A stretch of DNA of 64,000 bases from Chloroflexota bacterium (lineage in GTDB: Bacteria; Chloroflexota; Limnocylindria; QHBO01), in the NCBI GenBank assembly GCA_025699005.1, contig JAILWI010000002.1, forward strand, positions 25,403 through 89,402. The letters are read 5' to 3'. The position numbers were made by a program, and so were the translations under genes. Position 1 is the first letter of the stretch. Each line of letters begins with the position of its first letter. Positions 44,443 to 57,781 of the stretch are shown here, in pieces. Below the pieces are notes generated by a model, which was not told where the DNA came from, ran no database searches, and worked only from the letters and a program-made list of their open reading frames with translations.

Positions 44443-46536
44443 ATGACGACCACGAAGACCGCCGTCCGTCGCGCGATCTCGGCGCATGCCGTCGCGCCCG
44501 AGCCCGAGGCGGGCACGATCGGGCACCGGCGCAGCGTGACGGTGGAGCGCGTGGCACCCGAGATCGACGGAGGCGTGCACCCGGTCAAGCGGGTGGTGGG
44601 CGACGAGCTGCTCGTGACGGCCGACATCTTCGCCGATGGCCACGACATGCTCGATGCCGCGCTGCTCCTGCGCGCGGACGACGAGGAGACATGGCGCGAG
44701 GCGCCGATGCGGCCGGTCGACAACGATCGCTGGTCCGGCAGTATCCGGCTCGAGCGCAACCGCTGGCACCGGTACGCGGTCGAGGCATGGCGCGACCGGT
44801 TCGGCTCATGGCGGGACGGACTGCGCAAGAAGGTCGACGCCGGCGTCGCCGTGCCGAGCGAGCTCGAGGAGGGCCGGCTCTTGCTCGAGGCTGCGCTGCG
44901 CCGAGCCGAGGAGGCGGAGGCCGCCGGCGATCTCGCTCTCATCCGTGCGTCGCTCACGACGCTGAAGCGCGCGCGCTCCGAGGCCTCGCGGGTGGCCGCC
45001 CTGGTCGGCGAAGACCTGCTCGCGGCGATGCGCCGGCACCCGGATCGGCGTCATGCGTCCCGCTCGCGCGAGCTGCCGCTCGTCGTGGACCGCGAGCGGG
45101 CCCGCTTCGGCGCCTGGTATGCGCTCTTCGCCCGCTCCCAGGGGAGGAATCCGAAGAAGCCCAAGCCCACCACCTTCGCGGAGGCGGAGTGGCGCATTCC
45201 CGACATCGCCGCCATGGGCTTCGATGTCGTGTACCTCATGCCGATCCATCCCATCGGCACCACGAACCGCAAGGGCCGCAACAACACGCTCGACGCCGGG
45301 CCGGACGACGTCGGCTCGCCGTACGGCATCGGCTCACCCGACGGAGGGCACGACGCCGTGGCGCCGGAGCTCGGGGGGCTCGAGCAGTTCCTCCACTTCC
45401 GCGAGCAGGTCGAGGCGCACGGCATGGAGGTGGCGATCGACATCGCGATCCAGGCCTCGCCCGATCACCCGTGGGTCACCGAGCATCCCGGCTGGTTCCG
45501 TCGCGCGCCCGACGGCACGATCAAGTACGCGGAGAACCCGCCGAAGAAGTACCAGGACATCTACCCGGTCTACTTCGAGGGCGAGGATCCCGACGAGCGC
45601 GCCGCCCTGTGGCTCGAGCTCAAGCGCATCTTCGAGGTCTGGATCGAGCGTGGCGTGAAGATCTTCCGGGTCGACAACCCGCACACGAAGCCGATCCCGT
45701 TCTGGGCGTGGCTGATCCCGGAGATCCAGTCGCAGCACCCCGAGGTGATCTTCCTGTCGGAGGCCTTCACCCGGCCGAAGATGATGCGGATGCTGGCCAA
45801 GGTGGGCTTCACCCAGAGCTACACGTACTTCACCTGGCGCGAGACGGCGGCGGACCTGAGGGACTACCTCGGCGAGCTCACCACGTCCGAGATGCGCGAG
45901 TACTACCGCGGCAACCTGTTCACGAACACCCACGACATCAACCCGCATCACCTCGACCATGGCCGGCCGGCCTTCGTCATCCGCAGCGTGCTGGCCGCGA
46001 CGCTCTCGAGCGCCTACGGCATCTACTCCGGGTGGGAGCTGGGGGAGAACGCGCGCCTGGGTGACCGCGAGGAGTACCTCGACAGCGAGAAGTACGAGGT
46101 TCGCGCCCGGGACTGGGACGCCGAGGGAAACATCAAGCTGCTGATCGGCGAGCTGAACCGGCTGCGTCACGAGCTGCCGGCACTCCAGCTGTACGACAAC
46201 CTGCGCTTCGAGAACGTGTCCGGCAGTCGCACGCTGTTCTATCGCAAGGCGCTGCCCGACGGTGCCCCGGACCCCTTGAGCGGTCAACCACGCCGCTGGC
46301 GCGACCCGGTCTACGTCGCGGTGAACTGCGACCCCGCCGCACCGGAGCGTGCGATCCTGCACCCGGACCTCCCGGCCGTCGGCATCGGCTGGGACGAGCC
46401 GTACCTGCTCACCGATCTCATGACGGGGGAAAGCGTCCAGGAGCGCGGAGCGGACCTGGCGCTCGTCCTGGATCCGGCGGGGGAGCCGTTCCGCATCTTC
46501 ACGATCTCACCCCTGCGGCCGCCCGCCGCGGGCTGA
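44443..46536 (+). CDS. glgE: Alpha-1,4-glucan:maltose-1-phosphate maltosyltransferase
   Basis: [34 protein letters not shown]...[12 protein letters not shown]...[15 protein letters not shown]...DHPW...[10 protein letters not shown]. The ATG at 44443 was chosen. Confidence 0.9.
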   Translation: MTTTKTAVRRAISAHAVAPEPEAGTIGHRRSVTVERVAPEIDGGVHPVKRVVGDELLVTADIFADGHDMLDAALLLRADDEETWREAPMRPVDNDRWSGSIRLERNRWHRYAVEAWRDRFGSWRDGLRKKVDAGVAVPSELEEGRLLLEAALRRAEEAEAAGDLALIRASLTTLKRARSEASRVAALVGEDLLAAMRRHPDRRHASRSRELPLVVDRERARFGAWYALFARSQGRNPKKPKPTTFAEAEWRIPDIAAMGFDVVYLMPIHPIGTTNRKGRNNTLDAGPDDVGSPYGIGSPDGGHDAVAPELGGLEQFLHFREQVEAHGMEVAIDIAIQASPDHPWVTEHPGWFRRAPDGTIKYAENPPKKYQDIYPVYFEGEDPDERAALWLELKRIFEVWIERGVKIFRVDNPHTKPIPFWAWLIPEIQSQHPEVIFLSEAFTRPKMMRMLAKVGFTQSYTYFTWRETAADLRDYLGELTTSEMREYYRGNLFTNTHDINPHHLDHGRPAFVIRSVLAATLSSAYGIYSGWELGENARLGDREEYLDSEKYEVRARDWDAEGNIKLLIGELNRLRHELPALQLYDNLRFENVSGSRTLFYRKALPDGAPDPLSGQPRRWRDPVYVAVNCDPAAPERAILHPDLPAVGIGWDEPYLLTDLMTGESVQERGADLALVLDPAGEPFRIFTISPLRPPAAG

Positions 46537-46579
46537 CCCGCCCGGACTCAACCAATCGACGAGGAGGCACGAGAGCCCG

Positions 46580-48267
<1,688 letters not shown>

Positions 48268-48271
<4 letters not shown>

Positions 48272-49554
48272 CCTCGGGCCTCGACCCCGCCTGGATCGCC
48301 GCGCAGCGCTGGTTCCGTTCGAAGCAGCGTCCGGTCGCGGGCGTGGCCGAGATCGACGCGGCGGAGCTCGGGGACGCCCGGCTCCGCGTGCTCGAGGTGT
48401 CGTATGCCGATGGCGGCGAGCGTCATCAGTACCTCGTCCCGACGGTCGGCGATGGGGAGCCGAACGACGGCGACGGGGCGTGGCGCGCCGTCGCGCGGGC
48501 CATCGTCTCCGGCAGCGAGCTGCAGAGCCGCCGCGGCCGCTTCAGCGGGCGGGCGACATCGGCGCTCGAGGAGCTGCTTCCGTCGCCGCTCGAGGCGGTC
48601 GATGCGCTCGACGAACGACGCCTCTCGGTCGAGCAGTCGAACACGTCGATCGTCCTCGGCGGGCGCCTCATCCTCAAGCTCTACCGGCTCCTCGAGGCCG
48701 GTCACAACCCCGATCTCGAGGTCAGCGCCTTCCTGACCGAAGCCGGATTCGCCGATACGCCACCGGTCGCCGGCGGGCTCACCTACCAGGCCGATGACGG
48801 CGAACGGGCGTCGGCGGCGATGCTCCAGGCGTTCGTCCCGTCCGTCGGCGACGCCTGGGCCGCGATGCTCTCCTCACTCTCCGCCGACCCGCCCCGCGCG
48901 ACCGACCTCGCGGCTCGTGTCGGCTCGGTCACGGCGGCACTGCACCGAACCCTCGCCTCGAGGCCGGATCATCCGGGCTTCCCGGCGCGGCCCGCGACAG
49001 TCGACGAGACCTCCTCGTGGCGCGCGTCGGCCGAGCGGCAGCTGGCGCAGGCAGTGACCGCGGTCGGCGGTGCGTCCCACGATCGGCTCGTCCAGCTCGC
49101 CCCGGCGGTCACCGCCCGGTTCGCCGACACGTTCGGCGCCGCCACCGGCGAGGCGACCGTCACCCGCATCCACGGCGACTACCACCTCGGCCAGCTGCTC
49201 GCCCGAGCTGACGGGGGACTGAGCATCATCGACTTCGAGGGTGAGCCCGCGCGGCCGCTGGCCGAGCGTCGCGAGCCCGGGTCGCCGCTGCGCGACGTGG
49301 CCGGCCTGCTGCGCAGCCTGGACTACGCGGCGCGCACCGCCGAGCGTGCCGACCCGGCCTTCGCGGCCGAGCCGTGGCTGGCCGACGCCCGGGCCGCGTT
49401 CCTCTCGGCGTATGGCGAGCTGGACGACGACGAGCGTGCGTTGCTCGCCGCGTTCGAGCTCGAGAAGGCGTGCTACGAGGTGCGTTACGAGGCGAACAAC
49501 CGCGTCGACTGGCTCTGGCTTCCTCTCGCCGCCGTCGAGCGGCTCGTGGCATAG
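48268..49554 (+). CDS. mak: Maltokinase (Pep2/Mak)
   Basis: QRWFRSK...EQSNTSIV...LKLYR.LE.G.NPDLEV...[11 protein letters not shown]...IIDFEGEP...[16 protein letters not shown]. It has a GTGA overlap with treS. Confidence 0.8.
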
Positions 49555-49622
49555 ACCGTGCATCGGGGCGATGACCGCTATGCTGACTGCTCCATGATCC
49601 GATCTCGTCCGTCCGCCGCTGC

Positions 49623-51776
49623 ATGCCTCCACGCTCGATGGCGTTGAGGGTCTGGCGCGGGACTCCGTACCCACTGGGCGCGACATGGGACGGGTCGGGC
49701 GTGAACTTCGCGATCTTCAGCGAGCACGCCGATTCCGTCGAGCTGTGCCTGTTCGATGACGACGGCAACGAGCAGCGCGTGCGGCTCACCGAGCAGACGA
49801 ACCTCGTCTGGCACTGCTACCTGCCCGACATCCGCCCCGGTCAGCGGTATGGCTACCGGGTGCACGGCCCGTACGCGCCGCAGGACGGCCATCGCTTCAA
49901 CCCGGCGAAGCTGCTGATCGATCCGTACGCGAAGCGCATCGACGGCACGATCTCCTGGGACGACTCGCTGTTCGGATACCAGATCGGCAGTGAGACCGAG
50001 GACCTCGAGCCCGACGAGCGCGACAGCGCGGAGTTCGTCCCGAAGAGCGTCGTCGTGAACCCCGCCTTCGTGTGGGGCGGCGACCTCCCGCCGCGCACCC
50101 CGCTCGATCGCACGCTCATCTACGAGGTGCACGTGAAGGGGTTCACGAAGCTCCATCCTGACGTGCCCGAGGAGCTGCGTGGAACGTACGCCGGCCTGGC
50201 GTCGGGTCCATCGCTCGACTACCTCACCGGCCTCGGGATCACCGCGGTCGAGCTCCTGCCCGTGCACCAGTACGTGAACGACCGTCACCTCGTCGAGCGC
50301 GGCCTGAACAACTACTGGGGCTACAACACGATCGGCTTCTTCGCGCCCGACGTTCGCTACTCGGCCACCGGGGAGCCGGTGAGCGAGTTCAAGACGATGG
50401 TCAAGCGCCTTCATGACGCGGGCATCGAGGTGATCCTCGACGTCGTCTACAACCACACCGGCGAGGGCAACCACCTCGGGCCGACGATCAGCTTCCGGGG
50501 CGTGGACAACGTCTCGTACTACCGGCTGAGCCCCGAGGACCAGCGCTACTACGTCGACTACACCGGCACCGGGAACACGCTCGACGCGACGAGCCCCAAG
50601 GTGCTCCAGATGATCATGGACTCGCTTCGCTACTGGGTCACCGAGATGCACGTCGACGGCTTCCGCTTCGACCTCGCATCGGCGCTGGCGCGCGAGATGT
50701 ACGACGTCGACAAGCTCGGCAGCTTCTTCGACATCATCCACCAGGACCCGGTCATCAGCCAGGTGAAGCTCATCGCCGAGCCGTGGGATGTCGGACCCGG
50801 CGGCTACCAGGTGGGCAACTTCCCGGTCGGCTGGGCCGAGTGGAACGGGAAGTACCGCGACAGCGTGCGACGCTTCTGGAAGGGGATCGGCGGCCAGACC
50901 GCCGAGCTGGCCTATCGGCTCAGCGGATCGTCCGACCTCTACGCGGGCTCGGGGCGGCAGCCCCACGCCAGCATCAACTTCGTGACCGCCCACGACGGCT
51001 TCACGCTCAACGACCTCGTCAGCTACGAGCAGAAGCACAACGAGGCGAACGGCGAGGACAACAACGACGGCGACAACAACAACGAGAGCATGAACTTCGG
51101 CGTCGAGGGCGAGACCGATGACGAGGCCGTCATCGAGGCGCGCGAGAAGCAGAAGCGCAACCTCCTGGCGACCCTGCTCCTGAGCCAGGGCGTGCCGATG
51201 CTGCTGGGTGGCGACGAGATCGGCCGCAGCCAGGGCGGCAACAACAACGGCTACGCGCAGGACAACGAGATCAGCTGGTTCGACTGGGAGCTGAAGCGAC
51301 GCGATCGCCAGCTGCTGGCCTTCACCCGGTCGCTCATCCGCCTCTTCGGCCAGCACCCGGTCCTGCGGCGGCGCCGCTTCTTCCAGGGCCGCCAGATCCG
51401 CGGCTCCCGGGTGAAGGACCTGACGTGGTACTCGCCGGCCGGGGTCGAGATGAACGACGACGAGTGGCAGGCCCCGGGCGTCAAGACGCTCGGCGTCCAG
51501 TTCGCCGGTGACGCGATCGAGGAGCGTGGGCCGCGCGGCGAGCGCATCGTCGACGACACGCTGCTCGTGATCCTCAACGCCGATGACAAGCCGGTCGCCT
51601 TCGAGCTCCCGAACCACGAGTCGGCGAAGCGCTGGGAGGTCGTGTTCGACACCGTCCACCCGACGTTCGGCGCCGCACACGGCGAGTTCGACGAGGGAGC
51701 GGTGTACCGCGTCGCCGAACGGTCGGTCGTCTGCCTGCGCCGCCTTCCGCGCGTCCGGCGCACGAGCACCGGATGA
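49623..51776 (+). CDS. glgX: Glycogen debranching enzyme GlgX
   Basis: [27 protein letters not shown]...IYE.HVKGFT...YWGYN...[10 protein letters not shown]...DGFRFDLA...AEPWD...[11 protein letters not shown]. Confidence 0.9.
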   Translation: MPPRSMALRVWRGTPYPLGATWDGSGVNFAIFSEHADSVELCLFDDDGNEQRVRLTEQTNLVWHCYLPDIRPGQRYGYRVHGPYAPQDGHRFNPAKLLIDPYAKRIDGTISWDDSLFGYQIGSETEDLEPDERDSAEFVPKSVVVNPAFVWGGDLPPRTPLDRTLIYEVHVKGFTKLHPDVPEELRGTYAGLASGPSLDYLTGLGITAVELLPVHQYVNDRHLVERGLNNYWGYNTIGFFAPDVRYSATGEPVSEFKTMVKRLHDAGIEVILDVVYNHTGEGNHLGPTISFRGVDNVSYYRLSPEDQRYYVDYTGTGNTLDATSPKVLQMIMDSLRYWVTEMHVDGFRFDLASALAREMYDVDKLGSFFDIIHQDPVISQVKLIAEPWDVGPGGYQVGNFPVGWAEWNGKYRDSVRRFWKGIGGQTAELAYRLSGSSDLYAGSGRQPHASINFVTAHDGFTLNDLVSYEQKHNEANGEDNNDGDNNNESMNFGVEGETDDEAVIEAREKQKRNLLATLLLSQGVPMLLGGDEIGRSQGGNNNGYAQDNEISWFDWELKRRDRQLLAFTRSLIRLFGQHPVLRRRRFFQGRQIRGSRVKDLTWYSPAGVEMNDDEWQAPGVKTLGVQFAGDAIEERGPRGERIVDDTLLVILNADDKPVAFELPNHESAKRWEVVFDTVHPTFGAAHGEFDEGAVYRVAERSVVCLRRLPRVRRTSTG

Positions 51777-51810
51777 TCGGCCCGCGCACTCCGCGACGGG
51801 GTGCGGGGTC

Positions 51811-54252
51811 GTGAGGCGTCACACCGTCCCGCGCGCGACCTACCGCGTCCAGCTCCACGCGGGCTTCACGTTCGACGACACGGCCGCCATCCTGCCGTAC
51901 CTGCGCGAGCTGGGGATCAGCCACCTGTTCTGCTCTCCGGTGCTCCAGGCGGCGCCGGGGTCGACCCACGGCTACGACGTGATCGACCACTCCCGCGTCA
52001 GCACCGAGCTCGGCGGGGAGGCCGGCTGGGTGCGGCTCACCGATGCGGTGCGTGAGCACGGCATGGGAGTCGTGCTCGACATCGTGCCGAACCACATGGC
52101 CATCGGCGAGGGCAATCGCTGGTGGTGGGACGTCCTGGCCCGCGGGCAGGGGAGCGAGTTCGCCTCGTTCTTCGACATCGAGTGGGACCCGCCGGAGGCG
52201 CGCCTTCGCGACGTGATCCTCCTTCCCGTCCTCCCCGATCACTACGGCCGGGTCCTCGAGGCCGGAGACATTCGGCTCGAGGAACGCCAGGGTGAGCCGG
52301 TGGTCGTGGCCGCCGACCGGACGTTCCCGCTGGCTCCGGAGACGATCGCCGGCGGGGTGTCGATCGACGCGCTCAACGCCGACGTCGACGCCCTGGATGC
52401 GCTGCTGAACCGGCAGCATTACCGGCTCGCCCACTGGCGGACGGCGGCGCGAGATCTCGGCTATCGGCGCTTCTTCGACATCGACGACCTCGCCGGGCTG
52501 CGCATCGAGGACGACCGAGTCTTCGACGCGACGCATGCCCTCCCGCTGCGCTGGGTCGCCGAGGGGCGGGTCGACGGGCTGCGGATCGACCATCCCGATG
52601 GCCTGCGCGACCCGGCCGGATACTTCCGACGCCTCCGTGCCGCGGCTCCCGACGCCTGGATCGTGGCCGAGAAGATCCTCGAGCTCGACGAGGAGCTGCC
52701 CTCGGACTGGCCGATCGACGGGACGACCGGCTACGGCTTCGCGAACCTCGCCACCGGTCTCCAGGTCTCCGCCGCCGCCGAGGCGCCGATGACCGAGCTG
52801 TGGGAACGCCTGGCCGACGCCGGGCCCGGATGGGACGAGGTGGTCGAGGAGGCACGGGCGGAGGTGCTCTCGACCGTTCTCGGCAGCGACGTGAACCGTC
52901 TCACCGACCTGTTCCTCGCCGTGTGCGAATCGCATCGGCGCTACCGCGACTTCACGCGCCACGAGCTCCACCACGCGCTGCGCGCCGTCGCCGGCTCGCT
53001 GCCGGTGTACCGCACCTACGTCCGCGCCGAGGACGGATACGTCGCCGATCGCGACGCGGCGCTCATCACGGCGACCGTCGAGCGTGCGGCAGGGCGGCGT
53101 CCGGACCTCGAGCCGGAGCTGTTCGAGCTGCTCGGCCGCATCCTCCGGCTCGAGCTGTCCGGTGAGCTGGCGGCGGAGCTCGCGATGCGCTTCCAGCAGC
53201 TGACCCCGCCGGCCATGGCGAAGGGCGTGGAGGACACCTCCTTCTACCGGCACCACCGGCTCGTTGCCCTCAACGAGGTCGGTGGGGATCCGGGCCGGTT
53301 CGGCATCGGCGTCGATGCATTCCATGCTTCCCAGGCGACGGCCGCCGCCGCCTGGCCGGCTGCCGGGCTCGTACTGTCCACGCATGACACGAAGCGCAGC
53401 GCCGACGTGCGGGCGAGGCTCGCGACGGTCACCGCCGACCCGGCCGGCTGGCGCGAGCTCGTCGAGCGCTGGATGGAGCTCACGGCGCGCCATCGGGCGC
53501 ACGACGAGCAGCCGACCGACGCCGATGCGTACCTGCTGCTCCAGGTGCTGGTCGGTGCCTGGCCGATCGACGCCGACCGCGCCGCGGCCTACATGGCCAA
53601 GGCGACGCACGAGGCGAAGCTCCGCACGACCTGGACTTCGCCCGACGCCGACTACGACACGGCGGTGGAGCGGTTCGTCCGCGACAGCCTGGCGGATCCG
53701 TCGGTGAGCGCGGCGATCGGCGCGTTCGTCGACGGCCTCGTCGAGCCCGGCTGGCGTGCCGCGCTGGCGCAGGTGGCCCTCCAGCTCACCGTCCCGGGCG
53801 TCCCGGACATCTACCAGGGCGGCGAGGTGTGGGATCTCTCGCTCGTCGACCCCGACAACCGGCGCCCGGTCGACTACGGGATCCGGCGCCGGCTCCTCGC
53901 CGAGGCAGGCGAGATCGGTGCGGCCGAAGCGTGGGCCCGCCGCGACGAGGGGATGCCCAAGCTCTGGCTCCACCGACACCTGCTCGAGATGCGCGCGCGC
54001 CGGCCCGACGACCTCGCTCCGGGGGCGTCCTACGAGCCGATCCCGGCGCCGGCCGGGGTCGTCGCCCATCTCCGGGGGAGCGGGGTGATCGTCGTGGTCC
54101 CGCAGGTCGCCGCCGGCCCCGACCCCGACGAGGCGCTGACCCTGCCCGACGCCTCGTGGACCGGGCTGGACGGCGCGTCACATGGCGGGTCGGTCCGCAT
54201 CGGCGACCTGCTAGATGCGTTCCCGGTCGCCGTGCTGGAGCGCGCGACATGA
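51811..54252 (+). CDS. treY: Malto-oligosyltrehalose synthase
   Basis: ATYRVQLHAGFTFDD....PYL..LGISHLF.SPVLQAAPGSTHGYDV.DH...VLDIVPNHMA...GLRIDHPDGL. The GTG at 51811 was chosen. Confidence 0.9.
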   Translation: MRRHTVPRATYRVQLHAGFTFDDTAAILPYLRELGISHLFCSPVLQAAPGSTHGYDVIDHSRVSTELGGEAGWVRLTDAVREHGMGVVLDIVPNHMAIGEGNRWWWDVLARGQGSEFASFFDIEWDPPEARLRDVILLPVLPDHYGRVLEAGDIRLEERQGEPVVVAADRTFPLAPETIAGGVSIDALNADVDALDALLNRQHYRLAHWRTAARDLGYRRFFDIDDLAGLRIEDDRVFDATHALPLRWVAEGRVDGLRIDHPDGLRDPAGYFRRLRAAAPDAWIVAEKILELDEELPSDWPIDGTTGYGFANLATGLQVSAAAEAPMTELWERLADAGPGWDEVVEEARAEVLSTVLGSDVNRLTDLFLAVCESHRRYRDFTRHELHHALRAVAGSLPVYRTYVRAEDGYVADRDAALITATVERAAGRRPDLEPELFELLGRILRLELSGELAAELAMRFQQLTPPAMAKGVEDTSFYRHHRLVALNEVGGDPGRFGIGVDAFHASQATAAAAWPAAGLVLSTHDTKRSADVRARLATVTADPAGWRELVERWMELTARHRAHDEQPTDADAYLLLQVLVGAWPIDADRAAAYMAKATHEAKLRTTWTSPDADYDTAVERFVRDSLADPSVSAAIGAFVDGLVEPGWRAALAQVALQLTVPGVPDIYQGGEVWDLSLVDPDNRRPVDYGIRRRLLAEAGEIGAAEAWARRDEGMPKLWLHRHLLEMRARRPDDLAPGASYEPIPAPAGVVAHLRGSGVIVVVPQVAAGPDPDEALTLPDASWTGLDGASHGGSVRIGDLLDAFPVAVLERAT

Positions 54253-55976
54253 GCGTTCGGCTCGAAGTCTGGGCGCCGCTCCCGAAGCGCGTCGAGCTCG
54301 CCGTCGGCGAGGAGCGGATCCCGATGCAGCCCCGGGAGACCGGCTGGTGGGTCGCCGAGCGCGAGATCGAGATCGGCCTCGAGTACGGCTACGTTCTCGA
54401 TGGCGAGGGCCCGTACCCCGACCCACGGTCGGGCTGGCAGCAGGAGGGCGTGCTCGGACTGTCGCGTGCCGTCGACCACGCCGCGTTCAGCTGGACCGAC
54501 GATGGCTTCAGCGCTTCGCCGCTGGCGGACGCGGTCATCTACGAGCTGCACGTCGGGACGTTCACCCCGGGAGGGACGTTCGAGTCGGCGATCGATCGGC
54601 TCGGCGACCTCGCCGACCTGGGCGTCACCCACCTCGAGCTCATGCCGGTCGCCGAGTTCAGCGGTGACCGTGGCTGGGGCTACGACGGCGTCGACCTCTA
54701 CGCGCCGCACCACGCCTACGGAGGCCCGGAGGGACTGAAGCGCCTCGTCGATGCGGCGCATCGGCACGGGCTGGCGGTGCTCATGGACGTCGTCTACAAC
54801 CACCTCGGTCCCGAGGGCAACTTCCTCCCGCTGTTCGGTCCGTACTTCACGAGCAAGTACACGACGCCCTGGGGCGACGCGGTGAACTTCGACGACGCCG
54901 GCAGCCACGAGGTCCGCCGCTTCGTGATCGACAACGCGCTGATGTGGATGCGTGACTACCACGTCGACGGCCTGCGCATCGACGCGGTCCACGCGATCTT
55001 CGACCAGTCGGCGGTCCACATCCTCGAGGAACTGGCCACGTCCACGCGGGAGCTCGCGGCCGAGGTCGGCCGGCCGCTCGTCCTGATCGCCGAGTCCGAC
55101 CTCAATGATCCGCGCCTCGTGAAGCCGGTCAGCGAGGGCGGCTACGGCCTCGATGCGGTCTGGGCCGACGACGTCCACCACGCCCTCCACGTGGCGTTGA
55201 CCAACGAGGAGACGGGCTACTACGCCGACTTCGCCGATGCCGATGCGCTGGCGCGCGCCATCACCGACCCGTTCGTCTACGCCGGCCACTACTCGGCCTT
55301 CCGAGATCGGCTCCATGGCCGTCCGGCCGATGACCTGCCCGGCGACCGGTTCGTGGCGGCGCTCCAGAACCACGACCAGGTCGGCAACCGGGCGATGGGC
55401 GACCGGCTCAGCCACCTCGTCTCGGCCGGGCGCATCCGGATCGGCGCCGCGCTGCTCCTCACCATGCCGTACGTGCCACTCCTGTTCGCCGGTGCCGAAT
55501 GGGGTGCCTCGTCGCCGTTCCAGTACTTCACCGCCCACGGTTCGCCGCAGCTGGCGCGCGCGGTCCGTCGCGGGCGTCGCGAGGAGTTCGGCGACTTCAT
55601 CGAGAACGTCGAGACGGTGCCCGACCCCCAGGATCCGGCCACGTTCGAGGCCTCGAAGCTCCGCTGGGAGGAGCGCGAACGCGAGCCGCACGCGGGCATC
55701 CTCGCCTGGTATCGGGAGCTGCTCGCCCTTCGCCGAGCCAACCCCGCGCTGCGCGACGCGGATCGCGACGCCGTCACCGTGCACCACGACCCCGATGCCG
55801 GCTGGCTGCGGATCGTCCGCGGACCGATCAGCGTCGTTGCCAACCTCGGAGCGGAGCCCGTCGAGCTGGACGTCGGGGGTGAGATCCGGCTGGCCTGGCC
55901 CGAGGACACCGCGATCACCGAAGGGCGCGTGACGCTGCCCCCGGATGGCGTGCTGGTGACCGAGACACCGAGGTGA
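54249..55976 (+). CDS. treZ: Malto-oligosyltrehalose trehalohydrolase
   Basis: VWAP....VEL...; IYELHVGTFTP.GTF...I..L..L..LGVT.LELMPV..F.G..GWGYDGV...VYNH.GPEGN...DGLR.DAVH. It has an ATGA overlap with treY. Confidence 0.9.
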   Translation: MSVRLEVWAPLPKRVELAVGEERIPMQPRETGWWVAEREIEIGLEYGYVLDGEGPYPDPRSGWQQEGVLGLSRAVDHAAFSWTDDGFSASPLADAVIYELHVGTFTPGGTFESAIDRLGDLADLGVTHLELMPVAEFSGDRGWGYDGVDLYAPHHAYGGPEGLKRLVDAAHRHGLAVLMDVVYNHLGPEGNFLPLFGPYFTSKYTTPWGDAVNFDDAGSHEVRRFVIDNALMWMRDYHVDGLRIDAVHAIFDQSAVHILEELATSTRELAAEVGRPLVLIAESDLNDPRLVKPVSEGGYGLDAVWADDVHHALHVALTNEETGYYADFADADALARAITDPFVYAGHYSAFRDRLHGRPADDLPGDRFVAALQNHDQVGNRAMGDRLSHLVSAGRIRIGAALLLTMPYVPLLFAGAEWGASSPFQYFTAHGSPQLARAVRRGRREEFGDFIENVETVPDPQDPATFEASKLRWEEREREPHAGILAWYRELLALRRANPALRDADRDAVTVHHDPDAGWLRIVRGPISVVANLGAEPVELDVGGEIRLAWPEDTAITEGRVTLPPDGVLVTETPR

Positions 55977-57781
55977 GCCTCGACCTCGTCGACGAGACGT
56001 ACACCGACGCGCTGGGCAAGGAGCGCACGATCGCGCCGGAGGTCCGTGCCGCGGTGTCCGCCGCCATGCGCGAGGATCCCGACGCGGTCGCGAGCCAGGG
56101 GGTCGCCGTCGTGCGGCCCGGCGCGGCGCTCCCGGCCGCCGGTTCGGTCACCCTCGAGGACGGGTCCGATCTCGGTCGCGTGGATGCGCTGCCTAATGAC
56201 GCTCCGTTCGGCTACCACCGGCTCGAACCGGACGACGCACCGCCGCAGGTGCTCATCACCGGCCCGGGCCGCTGTCACCTGCCGGCCGGGCTGCGGGCGT
56301 GGGGCTGGGCGATCCAGCTGGCGACGACCCGGTCGCGTCGAAGCTGGGGCATCGGCGATCTCGGCGACCTCGGCGCGCTCTCGAGCTGGTCCGCCGATGC
56401 GGGCGCCGGTTTCGTGGCCGTCAGCCCGCTCGGTGCCCCGAATCCCGGGCCACAGCCCGAGCCCAGCCCCTACTACCCGAGCACGCGCCGGTTCGGCAGC
56501 CCGCTCCACCTCGATATCGAACGGCTCGCCGGGCCCGTCGACGTCTCCGACCTCGCGTCGCGGGCGCGCTCGCTGAACGAGGACCGGCTCGTGGACCGCC
56601 CGCGCGTCCTTGCCCTGAAGCGTGAGGCGCTCGAGCGGATCTGGGCCGCCGGCATCCCGGATCGGCCGGCCTTCGAGGCGTGGCGCGTCGAGCGCGGGTC
56701 ACAGCTCGAGCGCTGGGCGGTGTTCTGTGTGCTGAGCGAGCGCCTCGGTCCGGGCTGGCATGCCTGGCCGGAGGAGTTCCGCGACCCCGATGGCTCCGCG
56801 GTCACCCGCGCGGCCGCCGAAGCCGCCGAAACCGTTGCCTTCCACGCCTGGGTCCAGTGCGCCTTCGACCGCCAGCTGGCCGATGCTTCGAGCCACCTCC
56901 GGCGCATCGCCGACATGCCGGTCGGGGTCGATCCCGGCGGCTTCGACGCCTGGGACTGGCAGGACCAGGTCGCCCGGGAGATGACCGTCGGCGCACCGCC
57001 GGACCGCTTCAACAAGGCGGGCCAGGACTGGGGGCTGCCGCCGTTCATCCCGCATCGGCTGCGCGCGGTGGGCTATCGGCCGTTCATCGACACCATTCGC
57101 GCCCAGCTGCGACATGCCGGCGGCCTGCGGATCGATCACATCCTGGGGCTGTTCCGGCTGTGGTGGGTGCCCGCCGGTCTCGGTCCGGCATCGGGCGCGT
57201 ATGTCCGCTATCCCACCGAGGAGCTGCTCGAGATCGTGGCGCTCGAGAGCCATCGTGCGGGTGCCGTGGTCATCGGCGAGGACCTCGGGACCGTCCCTCC
57301 CGGCGTCCGCGAGACGCTGCGCCGCCACCGGCTGCTCTCGACCCGTCTCGTGCTGTTCGAGCGCACGCCGCCCGAGACGTACCCGCGCCGATCGTTCGCC
57401 GGTGTCACGACACACGACCTGCCGACGGTCGCCGGCCTGTGGGGCGGGTTCGACCTCGCCGACCAGGCCGAATCCGGCATCACCCCCGATCCCGACGGCG
57501 CGACGCACCTGCGCTCGCGGCTCGCCACCGTGGCCGAGGCAGGTCCGGAGGCGACCGCCGGCGAGGTCAGCCTTGCCCTCCATCGGCGCCTGGCCGCGTC
57601 GCCGTCCGCGCTCGTGGCCGCGACCCTCGAGGATGCGCTCGACGTGCCGGATCGCCCGAACCTTCCGGGGACGGTCGGGGCCCAGCGGCCGAACTGGTCA
57701 CGGGCCCTGCCGGTGCCGATCGAGGACCTGCCCGATCACCCCGGCATCATCGCCACCGCCGGCGTGCTGCGGCGCTCCTGA
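55973..57781 (+). CDS. malQ: 4-alpha-glucanotransferase (amylomaltase)
   Basis: WGIGDLGDL...SPYYPSTRRF.SPL..D...GQDWGLPPF...GLRIDHILGLFRLWW.P...IGEDLGTVP. It has a GTGA overlap with treZ. Confidence 0.85.
   Translation: MSLDLVDETYTDALGKERTIAPEVRAAVSAAMREDPDAVASQGVAVVRPGAALPAAGSVTLEDGSDLGRVDALPNDAPFGYHRLEPDDAPPQVLITGPGRCHLPAGLRAWGWAIQLATTRSRRSWGIGDLGDLGALSSWSADAGAGFVAVSPLGAPNPGPQPEPSPYYPSTRRFGSPLHLDIERLAGPVDVSDLASRARSLNEDRLVDRPRVLALKREALERIWAAGIPDRPAFEAWRVERGSQLERWAVFCVLSERLGPGWHAWPEEFRDPDGSAVTRAAAEAAETVAFHAWVQCAFDRQLADASSHLRRIADMPVGVDPGGFDAWDWQDQVAREMTVGAPPDRFNKAGQDWGLPPFIPHRLRAVGYRPFIDTIRAQLRHAGGLRIDHILGLFRLWWVPAGLGPASGAYVRYPTEELLEIVALESHRAGAVVIGEDLGTVPPGVRETLRRHRLLSTRLVLFERTPPETYPRRSFAGVTTHDLPTVAGLWGGFDLADQAESGITPDPDGATHLRSRLATVAEAGPEATAGEVSLALHRRLAASPSALVAATLEDALDVPDRPNLPGTVGAQRPNWSRALPVPIEDLPDHPGIIATAGVLRRS

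Noticed and set aside
51040-51080. An AAC/GAC-rich microsatellite-like stretch (GGCGAGGACAACAACGACGGCGACAACAACAACGAG).
   Set aside because: It encodes the conserved Asp/Asn-rich loop ([14 protein letters not shown]) typical of GlgX-type debranching enzymes and is not a non-coding repeat.
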